A DNA stretch of 64,000 bases, taken from assembly GCA_963719505.1 (NCBI GenBank), contig CAVRCF010000001.1, positions 224,001 to 288,000 on the forward strand, given 5' to 3'. The DNA comes from Halobacteriovoraceae bacterium. Lineage in GTDB: Bacteria; Bdellovibrionota; Bacteriovoracia; Bacteriovoracales; Bacteriovoracaceae. A model generated the notes under the pieces. It worked only from the letters and a program-made list of their open reading frames with translations. It ran no database searches and was not told the origin of the DNA. Both the position numbers and the translations under genes were made by a program. Positions 25,164 to 34,678 of this stretch are shown in pieces; the stretch's first letter is position 1, and every line of letters begins with the position of its first letter.

Positions 25164-25994
25164 TTGAAAAATATTTGGGTTCCCCTATCGGGGCAAGTGG
25201 CGCAACAAAGAAAAGTTGAAACCATTGCCAATAATATTGCAAACGCAAATACTCCTGGTTTCAAAAAAGATCGCTTAACATTTAAAGAACACTTAACGGC
25301 TCTAGATAAGGGTCTTGAAGATATCGACATTCCAAGAGAAGACTGGTCTCCCGATGATTTCTATAAAACTCAAGGAGCCCAGAACTCTCATGTTAAAGTC
25401 GACGGAAGTTACACTGTCCACGAACAAGGAAGACTTGATCCAACAAATAATCCCCTGGACTTTGCTCTTCACGGCAAAGGCTTTTTTGAAGTTTCTACTC
25501 CTCAAGGAATTCGTTATACAAGAAAAGGTAATCTTACTGTTTCAAAAGAAGGTGAGCTCATTACCGACAGCGGTTTCAAGCTTTTGGCAAAGTTAGAAAC
25601 TAAAGCCTCTGACTCTGAGGCAATTGATAAAAGTGATATTGAAAAAAGATTTATAAAACTTCCTGAAGGCGCAAGAATATCTGTGTCGAGAGAGGGAGAG
25701 ATTTTCAACAAAGGCGCCCTGGTTGGACGAATGTCAATTGTTGAATTCAGTGATGTTAATGCCATTAGGAAAGAGGGCAACTCACTTTATATAAATAATG
25801 ACGAAGCAAACTTAAAGCGTGAAAAGGTCGCTACAAGCGTCAATCAAGGCTTTATCGAAGGCTCAAATGTAAATGCCGTTCAGGAGATGTCGGAACTTAT
25901 AAGAGCCCACAGACACTTTGAAAATATTCAAAAAGCAATTAGTACATACGACAGTATCTCTGGAAAAGCTGTTAACGATATCGCTAAATTTTAG
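25164..25994 (+). CDS. flgF: Flagellar basal-body rod protein FlgF
   Basis: IANNIANANTPGFK, NPLDFALHGKGFF, YTRKG, EGSNVNAVQEM; precedes flgG. Confidence 0.92.
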   Translation: MKNIWVPLSGQVAQQRKVETIANNIANANTPGFKKDRLTFKEHLTALDKGLEDIDIPREDWSPDDFYKTQGAQNSHVKVDGSYTVHEQGRLDPTNNPLDFALHGKGFFEVSTPQGIRYTRKGNLTVSKEGELITDSGFKLLAKLETKASDSEAIDKSDIEKRFIKLPEGARISVSREGEIFNKGALVGRMSIVEFSDVNAIRKEGNSLYINNDEANLKREKVATSVNQGFIEGSNVNAVQEMSELIRAHRHFENIQKAISTYDSISGKAVNDIAKF

Positions 25995-26016
25995 TGACAT
26001 CCATAAGGACAAATAA

Positions 26017-26871
26017 ATGAAGCAAATTAAAATTCTACTTTTTTTCTCATTCGTCGTTCTCTTCTTTAGTATTGAAGCTAACGCAATGATAAGGGCCCTC
26101 AATACCGCTGCGACAGGAATGAGTGCACAGGAGTCGAATGTTAATACTATCTCTAACAATATTGCCAACGCCAATACCAACGGCTACAAAACACACCGAA
26201 CAGAATTTGAGGACCTAACTTATCAAACAGTAAGAGAAGCCGGAGCTCGTTCATCTTCAGGATCCATGTACATGGTGGGACAGCAAGTTGGGAGTGGAGC
26301 GAGAGTTTCTGCAACGAGAAGAATTCATAAAATGGGATCTCCCCTTGCAACGAATAATCCCTATGACTTAATGATTATGGGGGACGAAGGCTACTTTGGT
26401 GTCCAAGTTGGAGACGAAATTCAATTCACACGAGATGGCTCTTTCACAGTTGATGCTCAAGGTGTTCTCAAAACCAGAGATGGTCACCCACTGGTACCCT
26501 ACGTAACAATTCCACCCAATACAAAAAGTTTAAATATTGCCAGTGATGGAAAGATTCAAGCCTTTCTAACCTCACAAACAGAACCCATAGAACTTGGACA
26601 AATTCCTGTTTTTGTCTTCGTAAACCCAGCTGGTCTTATGGACCAAGGTGGAAATCTTACCAAGAAGTCGACGGCAAGTGGTGAGCCAATTCAATTAATA
26701 GCTGGGACACAGAATGCTGGAGCAATCCAACAAGGATACCTTGAATCCTCTAACGTCTCTATTATGAATGAGATGACGGGTCTAATTAAGGCACAAAGAG
26801 CTTATGAGATGAATTCAAAAGTTATGGGTGTAGCAGATCAGATGCTTCAAACGGTTAATAATATAAGATGA
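26017..26871 (+). CDS. flgG: Flagellar distal rod protein FlgG, with an N-terminal signal-peptide-like extension (canonical Met at 26086)
   Basis: MIRALNTAATGM...ISNNIANANT, EFEDLTYQ, FTRDGSF, LESSNV, QRAYEMNSK. Confidence 0.95.
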   Translation: MKQIKILLFFSFVVLFFSIEANAMIRALNTAATGMSAQESNVNTISNNIANANTNGYKTHRTEFEDLTYQTVREAGARSSSGSMYMVGQQVGSGARVSATRRIHKMGSPLATNNPYDLMIMGDEGYFGVQVGDEIQFTRDGSFTVDAQGVLKTRDGHPLVPYVTIPPNTKSLNIASDGKIQAFLTSQTEPIELGQIPVFVFVNPAGLMDQGGNLTKKSTASGEPIQLIAGTQNAGAIQQGYLESSNVSIMNEMTGLIKAQRAYEMNSKVMGVADQMLQTVNNIR

Positions 26872-27734
26872 TAAAAAAACTTTTAATCTCTACTTTACTC
26901 CTTCATTGTTTTTCAAGCTTTGCTTGTCAGATAACTTCTTATCCTCAAATTATTAAATTAAACAAAGTCCTCGATGACTCAATCATTAAAAGTTCAGATT
27001 GTGATGATGAGCAAACACAGATGTTTATTCAACTTATTTCAGGGGCTGATGGAGAACTAACATCTAGTCACCTCTCTCAAATCTTTAAATCTGAATTCAA
27101 AAAGGAAATGACTATTTCCCCAGGAAAGATTGAAGTGAAGAGTGTTAAAGATGTCCTTGTAGACTTGGTTCAACTCCCAAGCTCTTTAGTTTTTTCAACG
27201 ACGACTAGTCTCTATGATAAAGGGAGCCTTAATCTTGAAGGGACAAGTACCCTCAATGCAAGTTGTGCCAACTGCGAATCCGCCGGTGAAAAAAACATTA
27301 AAGTCTCCTTGGACAACCAAACGATTTGGTTTTCAACAAAGCTTCTTACCAAAAGAGTTGCATTCATCGCCACAGAAAGTATTTCACCTTTTCAATCAAA
27401 GCTTTCTCAAGATCAATTTTATGAAAAAAAAATATTTGACACAGGGAATACTCACCTATTTCGCGATATGGAAAACATTCGGTTTTATCGCCCTACCCGC
27501 CATCTTGAAAAGGGAAAAGTTTTAAATGTATCTGACTTTGTTCCAATGACAATTGTAAAACCGGGTCAAAAAGTAAAGGTACTCCTTAAAGGAAAAAGCA
27601 TCTCTCTCAATAGCACTGCACTGGCTAGGCAGGGTGGAAAAATTGGACAAATTATTGATGTCTATAATCAAAAAACAAATAAAAAAATATCGGGACTTGT
27701 GATCGATTTCAATACGGTAATGGTTAACTTATGA
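26868..27734 (+). CDS. flgA: P-ring chaperone FlgA
   Basis: Signal peptide; C-terminal IVKPGQKVKV...ALARQGGKIGQIIDVYN; position between flgG and flgH. Confidence 0.88.
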   Translation: MIKKLLISTLLLHCFSSFACQITSYPQIIKLNKVLDDSIIKSSDCDDEQTQMFIQLISGADGELTSSHLSQIFKSEFKKEMTISPGKIEVKSVKDVLVDLVQLPSSLVFSTTTSLYDKGSLNLEGTSTLNASCANCESAGEKNIKVSLDNQTIWFSTKLLTKRVAFIATESISPFQSKLSQDQFYEKKIFDTGNTHLFRDMENIRFYRPTRHLEKGKVLNVSDFVPMTIVKPGQKVKVLLKGKSISLNSTALARQGGKIGQIIDVYNQKTNKKISGLVIDFNTVMVNL

Positions 27735-28480
27735 AAATACTTATTTTAGCGACACTTTTTCTTTTTACCTCATGTGCCTCTTACGTCAATAGGATGCATA
27801 GACAAATAGATCACGAGGAAAGAGTGGCAGCTGGATATCCCGCAAGACCTGCTCAAGTCCCTTATAATCGCTATCAAGCCGCCAATGCCAGAGGCATAAA
27901 TAATCCTGTTACTCTTGGTGGTGGGGCAAGGCAAAGCACGAGAAACACGCCAAACCTTCCTCCACAAAACCAAAGAGACTTTGATGGTTACGGAAAAAGA
28001 AGAGTGACTGCTAACGACCTTAAGGATAACGAACAAAGTGGAAGTCTATGGACTGGAAAGCATTCTGAGAGCTTTCTCTTTGTCACCAACAACATAAAAA
28101 GAGCTGGAGATATCGTTATTGTCGAGGTTTTGAATCCACTTAAAGAGACAATTCAAGAGGAATTAGAAAGAACGTTCCCGGTCGCCCCGCAAAAAACGAA
28201 AAAAGGTGAAAAAGCTGAAGAGAAAAAAGAAGCCCCTGCGGAAGAAGTTGCCAAGGGCGAAACTGACGAGAAAAAAGTCTATGATAAGATATCTACTCAA
28301 GTAATTGAGGAGATCAACAAAGATTACCTCCTAGTCAGAGGAAGAAAAGAGATTATGTATAAAACGAGAAGAAGATTTATAGAATTTCAAGCTCTCGTTT
28401 CTAGAAAAGATATTTCAAACGATGACGCCGTACAATCGTCAAAAGTTCTTGAACCTAAAATTTCAGTATTGAGGTACTAA
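27731..28480 (+). CDS. flgH: Flagellar L-ring lipoprotein FlgH
   Basis: Lipobox FTSC, GSLW, GDIVIVEV, LLVRGRKEI; position. Confidence 0.88.
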   Translation: MKILILATLFLFTSCASYVNRMHRQIDHEERVAAGYPARPAQVPYNRYQAANARGINNPVTLGGGARQSTRNTPNLPPQNQRDFDGYGKRRVTANDLKDNEQSGSLWTGKHSESFLFVTNNIKRAGDIVIVEVLNPLKETIQEELERTFPVAPQKTKKGEKAEEKKEAPAEEVAKGETDEKKVYDKISTQVIEEINKDYLLVRGRKEIMYKTRRRFIEFQALVSRKDISNDDAVQSSKVLEPKISVLRY

Positions 28481-28482
28481 AA

Positions 28483-29487
28483 ATGAAAAACATCCTTACC
28501 CTAGCCGTTCTTATTGTTTCTCTTAATGCTCTTGCGGCAAATAGGCTCAAAGATATCGTTTCGATAAAAGGTGTTCGAGATAACCCTCTTATTGGATACG
28601 GTCTAGTTATAGGACTTAACGGTACTGGTGATGGCGGTGGTGAAGTAACAAACTCATCCCTTCGAAAGATGTTTCAAACTCTTGGGCTTGATGCTCCAAC
28701 TGAGGTCAGTTCAAAAAATGTTGCGGCGGTAATCGTCACAGCAAAACTTCCTCCCTTTGGAAGAATAGGTCAAAAGCTTGATGTTACAGTCTCTTCGATT
28801 GGGGATTCAAGCTCCCTTGCTGGCGGAACTCTTCTTGTGACTCCCCTAAAAGGCGGAGACGGCAAGGTTTATGCCGTTGCCAATGGAGCTCTTTCCATCG
28901 GTGGACTAACTCAAGGTGCAAAGTTTGCAACAACAGGTGCGATCCCAAGTGGAGCGACTATAGAGCAGGAAATAGCTCTGTCATTTGATAAGAAAAAGTC
29001 GATTAGACTATCACTCAATAGACCTGACTTCACGACAGCGGCAAGAGTCGTTAAAACGATTAATGAAAACTTAGGTGGTCTTTTTGCTAGTGCATCAGAC
29101 TCTGCGACGATAGACCTTATTATTCCAACAAACTACGAAAGAGAAATCGTTAATCTTATAGCAATCATTGAAAACTATAGAGTGAACCAAGATCAAAAAG
29201 CTAAGATTGTCATCAACGAGAAGACCGGAACTATTGTTGCCGGAGGAGATGTCACTCTAAATCGCGTGGCCATAAGTCATGGAGACCTGACTATTGAGGT
29301 CGGAGATGCCAATGATAAAGGTAAAGATGGGAAAAAAGGTTCACTTTTCATGATAGAGCAAAAAACCACACTAAAAGAATTGGTCAATGCTTTGAATGCT
29401 ATTGGGACAAATCCGGACGATTTAATCTCTATTTTTCAAACACTTAAGACGAATGGGGCATTAATTGCCGATATCGAATTCATCTAA
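28483..29487 (+). CDS. flgI: Flagellar P-ring protein FlgI
   Basis: RLKDI..IKGVRDNPLIGYGLVIGLNGTGD, KNVAAVIVTA, PDFTTA, INEKTGTIV. Confidence 0.97.
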   Translation: MKNILTLAVLIVSLNALAANRLKDIVSIKGVRDNPLIGYGLVIGLNGTGDGGGEVTNSSLRKMFQTLGLDAPTEVSSKNVAAVIVTAKLPPFGRIGQKLDVTVSSIGDSSSLAGGTLLVTPLKGGDGKVYAVANGALSIGGLTQGAKFATTGAIPSGATIEQEIALSFDKKKSIRLSLNRPDFTTAARVVKTINENLGGLFASASDSATIDLIIPTNYEREIVNLIAIIENYRVNQDQKAKIVINEKTGTIVAGGDVTLNRVAISHGDLTIEVGDANDKGKDGKKGSLFMIEQKTTLKELVNALNAIGTNPDDLISIFQTLKTNGALIADIEFI

Positions 29488-29602
29488 TGTCAAAATAATT
29501 ACACAGAAGGCAATTTTTTTATAGCACCGCAAATACCATTAATGTTATAATTAAACCAAGAACTCGCTAGGATGGGGAGTTAGAAATAAACCAGGAAGGG
29601 TT

Positions 29603-29971
29603 ATGAACCAAATAAACAAACTTCCAAATTTACCAATTAAGCAAGAGACAGGTCAGACTGCCAAATACAAAAACGTCCCTAAACCCTACTTAGATGTAGC
29701 GAAAGGAATGGAAAAGCAGTTTATTAGTTATATGATCAGTCAGATGAATAATTCAGTTAAGTCTGAAAATGAAGACAGTAGTGCCCAGAAGTACTACAAG
29801 GGCTTAATGGATAATGAAAGAGCCGAAATTATGGCCAATACAAAAAATGGAATCGGCATGAAGGATTTAGTACTAGACCAAATCCTACCAAGCCACCTAA
29901 AGCAGCCTGCAAATGTTCAAGCTGCTGTTAAAAGATATCAGCATGAGGCTGACTCCAAAGGGGAGATCTAA
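29603..29971 (+). CDS. flgJ: FlgJ, rod-binding domain only
   Basis: VAKGMEKQFISYMISQMNNSV...YKGLMDNERAEIMA...GIGMKDLVLDQ; follows flgI. Confidence 0.8.
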   Translation: MNQINKLPNLPIKQETGQTAKYKNVPKPYLDVAKGMEKQFISYMISQMNNSVKSENEDSSAQKYYKGLMDNERAEIMANTKNGIGMKDLVLDQILPSHLKQPANVQAAVKRYQHEADSKGEI

Positions 29972-29972
29972 A

Positions 29973-30296
29973 ATGAGTACAATTGACACTAGAGCAAACT
30001 TTTTTCCACGTTCTAAAACAGCACAAGCTGAGAGGGCTCAGGCCAAGTCAGCAGCTGCGATGAAGAGAAATCCTTTTGAAAAGACTGCTGAAATTAATTC
30101 AAGTACTGCAAAGGATGCAAAGGTCTCTATCCCTGAGAAGATAAGAGATTTTTCAAGGATTAAGAAGGCGGTCGATATGGCTCCAGAAATCGATAATTCA
30201 GATAAAATTGCGAGCCTAAAAGCACAAATCCAAGCGGGAACTTACCAGCCAGATTACGATGCTCTCGCAGATAAAATTTTAACAACTGAATACTAA
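29973..30296 (+). CDS. flgM: Anti-sigma28 factor FlgM
   Basis: DKIASLKAQIQAGTYQPDYDALADKIL; GGGGAG RBS before ATG 29973. Confidence 0.9.
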   Translation: MSTIDTRANFFPRSKTAQAERAQAKSAAAMKRNPFEKTAEINSSTAKDAKVSIPEKIRDFSRIKKAVDMAPEIDNSDKIASLKAQIQAGTYQPDYDALADKILTTEY

Positions 30297-30298
30297 GG

Positions 30299-30814
30299 AT
30301 GACCATGACGGAACAAGAACAATTAGTTTTAAATTTAAAACTCTCTGAGCTTAATTCAATTTGGAAAAGTTATTGTCAACTTCACACCGAACTGTATGAC
30401 TTAACTTGTGACGAGTACGTCCATCTCCTCGCCAGTGATATGGATGCACTAGAAAATACTCTTAGTGAAAAAAATTCTTTAATAGAGACGATTAATAAGA
30501 TTGAAGACAAAAGAACTGTTCTTATAGATGAGTTAAATGCAACTGGTAGTCATTTTAATATTGAAAAGATTACTGATGTTGTCGATGTTTGTAAAAGATT
30601 TGGTTCAAACGCCGAAGCTATTCAATTAGAGAAATACAATGCTCTTTTATTAGATATTATCATGAAGATTCAAGATCAAAATAAACTGAATCAATTATTT
30701 TTAAATAAAGCCATTCTCTCGTTGAGAGAATTAAAAGAAAGTTTTTCAGGAAGAAAGACTTATAAAACTTATGGTGCCAACGGAGCAACAAGCTCGAGGT
30801 CGGTAAATCCATAA
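30299..30814 (+). CDS. flgN: Flagellar export chaperone FlgN
   Basis: Coiled-coil, NKLNQLFL motif, C-terminal TYGANG; between flgM and flgK. Confidence 0.85.
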   Translation: MTMTEQEQLVLNLKLSELNSIWKSYCQLHTELYDLTCDEYVHLLASDMDALENTLSEKNSLIETINKIEDKRTVLIDELNATGSHFNIEKITDVVDVCKRFGSNAEAIQLEKYNALLLDIIMKIQDQNKLNQLFLNKAILSLRELKESFSGRKTYKTYGANGATSSRSVNP

Positions 30815-30842
30815 ATTGACAGCTCGATACAAGAGGTAGACG

Positions 30843-32303
30843 TTGACTGTAGATTTATTTAGCATTGGAAGCTCATCACTTAGGACCTCAAAGAGGTCTC
30901 TTGAGACGACGTCCCATAATATTTCTAACGCCAACACCGAAGGCTACACTCGCCAAAGAGTTTCTCTTGAGACTAACCAACCTATTCAAGAAGGAAGTAA
31001 TGTTCTTGGAAACGGTGTTAACGTTAAAGAAGTTAGACGTGTTCACGATAACCTTATTGAAAAAAGTCTTACCCGTGCAATGTCTAACAACTCTTTTGAC
31101 TCGGAAAGAGAATATCAGCTAGAAAGAGTTGAAGAAGTTTTTAACGAGATAAATTCTGATGGGCTCAATAAGGTTCTTAACCGATTTTTTAACTCTTTTA
31201 GAGAACTTTCAAATCAACCAGAAAATGAAGTTGTCAGGTCAGTTGTAAGAGACAATGCTAATATTGTTGCATCAGACTTTAAGAGAATTCACGATACCAT
31301 TGGAAATATCCGAGAAAATATCGATAGAAAAGTGACATCAACAGTCGATGATATCAATCTCTTTACCACTAATATCACCAAGCTTAACAAAGAGATCGTT
31401 CGCCTAGAAAACACAGGTGGACACGCTAATGACCTGCGCGATCAAAGAGACCAGATTGTTAGAAACATCGCTGAGTACTTTACAGTTCATACTTATGAAG
31501 ACAAAAAAGGACAGTACGTTGTTAATGTTCAAGGTGTCGGAACTCTCGTGACAGGCGGAGTGACAAATAAGTTAATAGCCGTAAGAGACTCTGGCCCTGA
31601 AGGTGCAAAAGGCAAAGGCAAAGTTGAAATTCAATTGGAAGGAAGACCAGGAAAGCCTGTTTCGCAAAAGTTTTTGAAAGGCTCAATTCAAGCCATGATC
31701 AATACCAGAGATAACGAGATAGAAAAACTATCCAATGACTTAGATGAATTGGCCCACGGTTTAGCGAAATCAACAAATGCTATTCACAGAAGAGGATTTG
31801 TTAATAAAAAAATACCCACTGATCAAAATGGAAATATTGTTCACAGTGAGAATTCAAGATTCACTGGGATCAACTTCTTTAAAGAACCAACGGGTGTTAA
31901 AAATGCTGCAGGAATGTTGGATTTAAGTGATGAGGTTAAAACTGATCTCAATAATATCTCAACGGGTCTAAATCCAAATGCTCCCGGAGATAACAGGGTT
32001 TCAATTGCAATCTCCAAACTTCAACACGAACGAGTTATTGGTGAAGATGGGACCACTTTTGAAGAGCATTATCACAAATCAATTGGAGAGATTGGGACTA
32101 AGGTCTCTAAAACGAAGCTCGATAAAGAGCAATCCTCTGGTGTTTTGGCTCAAGCAAAATCAATTAAAGAAAGACTATCTGGAGTGTCAATAGATGAAGA
32201 AACGGCCAATATGGTTAAGTTTCAACATGCCTATGATGCTTCTGCTAGAATGATAAAAACGGCTGATGAGATGTTCGATTCAGTTCTTGGAATGATGAGG
32301 TAG
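30843..32303 (+). CDS. flgK: Hook-associated protein FlgK
   Basis: TSHNISNANTEGYTRQ, NDLRDQRD, SGVSIDEETANM. Confidence 0.96.
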   Translation: MTVDLFSIGSSSLRTSKRSLETTSHNISNANTEGYTRQRVSLETNQPIQEGSNVLGNGVNVKEVRRVHDNLIEKSLTRAMSNNSFDSEREYQLERVEEVFNEINSDGLNKVLNRFFNSFRELSNQPENEVVRSVVRDNANIVASDFKRIHDTIGNIRENIDRKVTSTVDDINLFTTNITKLNKEIVRLENTGGHANDLRDQRDQIVRNIAEYFTVHTYEDKKGQYVVNVQGVGTLVTGGVTNKLIAVRDSGPEGAKGKGKVEIQLEGRPGKPVSQKFLKGSIQAMINTRDNEIEKLSNDLDELAHGLAKSTNAIHRRGFVNKKIPTDQNGNIVHSENSRFTGINFFKEPTGVKNAAGMLDLSDEVKTDLNNISTGLNPNAPGDNRVSIAISKLQHERVIGEDGTTFEEHYHKSIGEIGTKVSKTKLDKEQSSGVLAQAKSIKERLSGVSIDEETANMVKFQHAYDASARMIKTADEMFDSVLGMMR

Positions 32304-32311
32304 ATAAATAA

Positions 32312-33466
32312 ATGAGCAGAGTTTCAGAAGCTAGTTCATTTCACGCAATTAAGCATGCTGTTGGCAAAACAAAGTCAAGGCTTGAAGACTTGCAGATAAA
32401 AGGGTCAAACCTTAAAGGGATTCAAAAGCCCTCAGATAATCCTGTGGGAAATGTTGAACTTCTTAGTATAAGATCTCAAAATGTAGATTCTGAACAATAT
32501 TTGAGAAACGTCAGTTATGCCAAAACGCAATTAACATTCGCAGAAAACTCTATTGAGGAGCTGACTGATATTGTCAGTAAAGCCAAAGAAATTGCCATAG
32601 GTCAGTCCTCCAACATCTTTGATGTGGAAGTAAGGCGAGCAGTCGCGGAAGAAGTTTCACAGCTAAAAAAGCAAGCGCTAGCCATTGGTAATAGAAGAAT
32701 AGGAAATAAGTATATTTTTGGTGGTTATAAAAATACTGAAAGACCATTTAATGAGAAAGGTGAATATCTAGGTGATGACAACCAGGTAAAGCTAGAAGTT
32801 TCAAAAGATTTCTATGTCCCTACTGGATTTCCAGGAAGTCATATCTTTTTTGAAAAAGATAGCTCGCGACTTTTAAATTCAGATCCTATGGGTGATGGAA
32901 ACCTGATCGATCCCACAAAAGCTCTCGATCAGAAAAACTCAGAACAAGATATCGTCATCAACCGACTTCCCGCCGCTCAGAAACAAGAAAATGTTGCATT
33001 CGAAAGAGATATCATTCTTGGCCAACCACAACCTAGAACCTCCGGTGAGGTTGAAGGGTTTGAAGATGATATTATACAAGACAGATCAGCAGGAAGACTC
33101 AATGATAAAGGTACGGAACTGACTAAAGATACTCGTTCTCTTTTTGAGGAACTGCAATCTTTAGAAAATGCTTTAAAAACTGGAAATCATGAAATAATTC
33201 AAGATCTTCTTCCAAGACTTGACCAAAGTATGGATAAACTTATTCAAATTCGTACTAAGATTGGTTCGGTAATGAACTCTGTCGATAACTCTGAAAACTC
33301 TATTGAGAAAACCAAGCTGGCCAACGCTGAGTATACTAGTAAAATTGAAGATGCTGATGTGGCTGAGCTCTTCACAGACCTATCGCGTCAACAAAATGTA
33401 CTTAATGCTACCTACAAAGCAAGTGCACAGATGATGGGTAACAGCTTGATGGACTTTATTCGCTAA
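32312..33466 (+). CDS. flgL: Hook-associated protein FlgL
   Basis: KPSDNP, KYIFGG, IEDADVAE, SLMDFIR. Confidence 0.95.
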   Translation: MSRVSEASSFHAIKHAVGKTKSRLEDLQIKGSNLKGIQKPSDNPVGNVELLSIRSQNVDSEQYLRNVSYAKTQLTFAENSIEELTDIVSKAKEIAIGQSSNIFDVEVRRAVAEEVSQLKKQALAIGNRRIGNKYIFGGYKNTERPFNEKGEYLGDDNQVKLEVSKDFYVPTGFPGSHIFFEKDSSRLLNSDPMGDGNLIDPTKALDQKNSEQDIVINRLPAAQKQENVAFERDIILGQPQPRTSGEVEGFEDDIIQDRSAGRLNDKGTELTKDTRSLFEELQSLENALKTGNHEIIQDLLPRLDQSMDKLIQIRTKIGSVMNSVDNSENSIEKTKLANAEYTSKIEDADVAELFTDLSRQQNVLNATYKASAQMMGNSLMDFIR

Positions 33467-33717
33467 ATCACTACCCTCTTAAAAAATAACTCAATTTATT
33501 TTCTCTATATTATGGCGGATTTTCTGACTTTTCCACTAGGTAAAATAGACCAACCTATTGATTTTAATTATATATAGTATAATTTAGTAATATATACAGG
33601 ATTATACAAATTGAAATTATTTACTTGCATTTTCAGGCCTTCAATAATATATGAATGTCCCGTAGGTAAATAGAAAACTACCTTAATGAGGTTTTCTGTA
33701 ATTGAAGGATTAAGAAC

Positions 33718-33948
33718 ATGCTAGTTCTAACAAGGAAGCTTGGAGAAAGCATTGCCATAGACGATAATATCAAAATAGTTGTAGTCCAAATAAAAGGAAA
33801 ACAAGTACGTCTAGGTATAAAAGCGCCAAAAGAAACAAAAATTCACCGTGAAGAGGTTTATCAAGCTATTCAAGACCAAAACACGGAAGCCTCACAGTCT
33901 ACACCCGCTGATATAGCGAGACTTAGCGACGCGTTAACAAAGAAATAA
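33718..33948 (+). CDS. csrA: Carbon storage regulator CsrA
   Basis: MLVLTRKLGESIAID...VRLGIKAPKETKIHREEVY with C-terminal extension typical of FliW-associated CsrA. Confidence 0.97.
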   Translation: MLVLTRKLGESIAIDDNIKIVVVQIKGKQVRLGIKAPKETKIHREEVYQAIQDQNTEASQSTPADIARLSDALTKK

Positions 33949-34034
33949 ATTCCACCTTGCAAATCATAATAATTGACTGATACCATCATAGAAGGTAGAA
34001 ATTATCCTACCACTACTTTTATTCGGAGGACGAT

Positions 34035-34601
34035 TTGAAAGTCAACACAACACGATTTGGAGAACTTCAAGTAAATAAAGAAGATATCATCAGTTTCCAG
34101 GAAGGATTATTAGGCTTTGAAAATCTAAATAAGTTCTTCGTTGTTGATCCGGGTGACAGTACTCTTATTCTTTGGTTACAATCTATAGATGATGGAAAAA
34201 TTGCTTTTCCAATTATCGAGCCAAAAATCTTTAAACCAGACTATGTCGCAAAATTACTCCCTGGAGATATGAAAAGTGTTGAGTTAGAAACACTTTCTCA
34301 AGCTAAAATCTACAGTATTCTTACAATACCAAGTGACATCACAACTATGAGCGCAAACTTAAAAGCTCCTGTCGTTATTAATAATGACAAAAAAGTTGCA
34401 AAGCAAATCGTTCTTCAAGATTCAAAGTTGAATGTTAAGCACGAAATGTATAAAGAATTAAAAAGCTATATCGTAGCCTTTGCATCTGACGACTCAAAAA
34501 GAACAAACGTTGAAGCTGCTGCTACTGAATCAAATGAGACAGTGGACACTTCTAAGAGTCAAGCTCACAACACATCTGCTGAAAGATCTAAAGAAGCTTA
34601 A
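34035..34601 (+). CDS. fliW: Flagellar assembly factor FliW
   Basis: TTRFGE, FQEGLLGFE, WLQS, ANLKAPVVIN. Confidence 0.95.
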   Translation: MKVNTTRFGELQVNKEDIISFQEGLLGFENLNKFFVVDPGDSTLILWLQSIDDGKIAFPIIEPKIFKPDYVAKLLPGDMKSVELETLSQAKIYSILTIPSDITTMSANLKAPVVINNDKKVAKQIVLQDSKLNVKHEMYKELKSYIVAFASDDSKRTNVEAAATESNETVDTSKSQAHNTSAERSKEA

Positions 34602-34626
34602 ATTAAAAAGAAATTTTCAAAATAAG

Positions 34627-34654
34627 AAAGCCTTCAATTTGAAGGCTTTTTTTT
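34627..34654. terminator. Bidirectional intrinsic terminator between fliW and the TPR gene
   Basis: AAAGCCTTCAA-T-TTGAAGGCTTTTTTT. Confidence 0.75.
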
Positions 34655-34678
34655 ATTTAAAAATTTGTTTCGCTTTAT

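Noticed and set aside
29603-29971. FlgJ without muramidase domain
   Set aside because: Single-domain FlgJ is common outside beta/gamma-proteobacteria.
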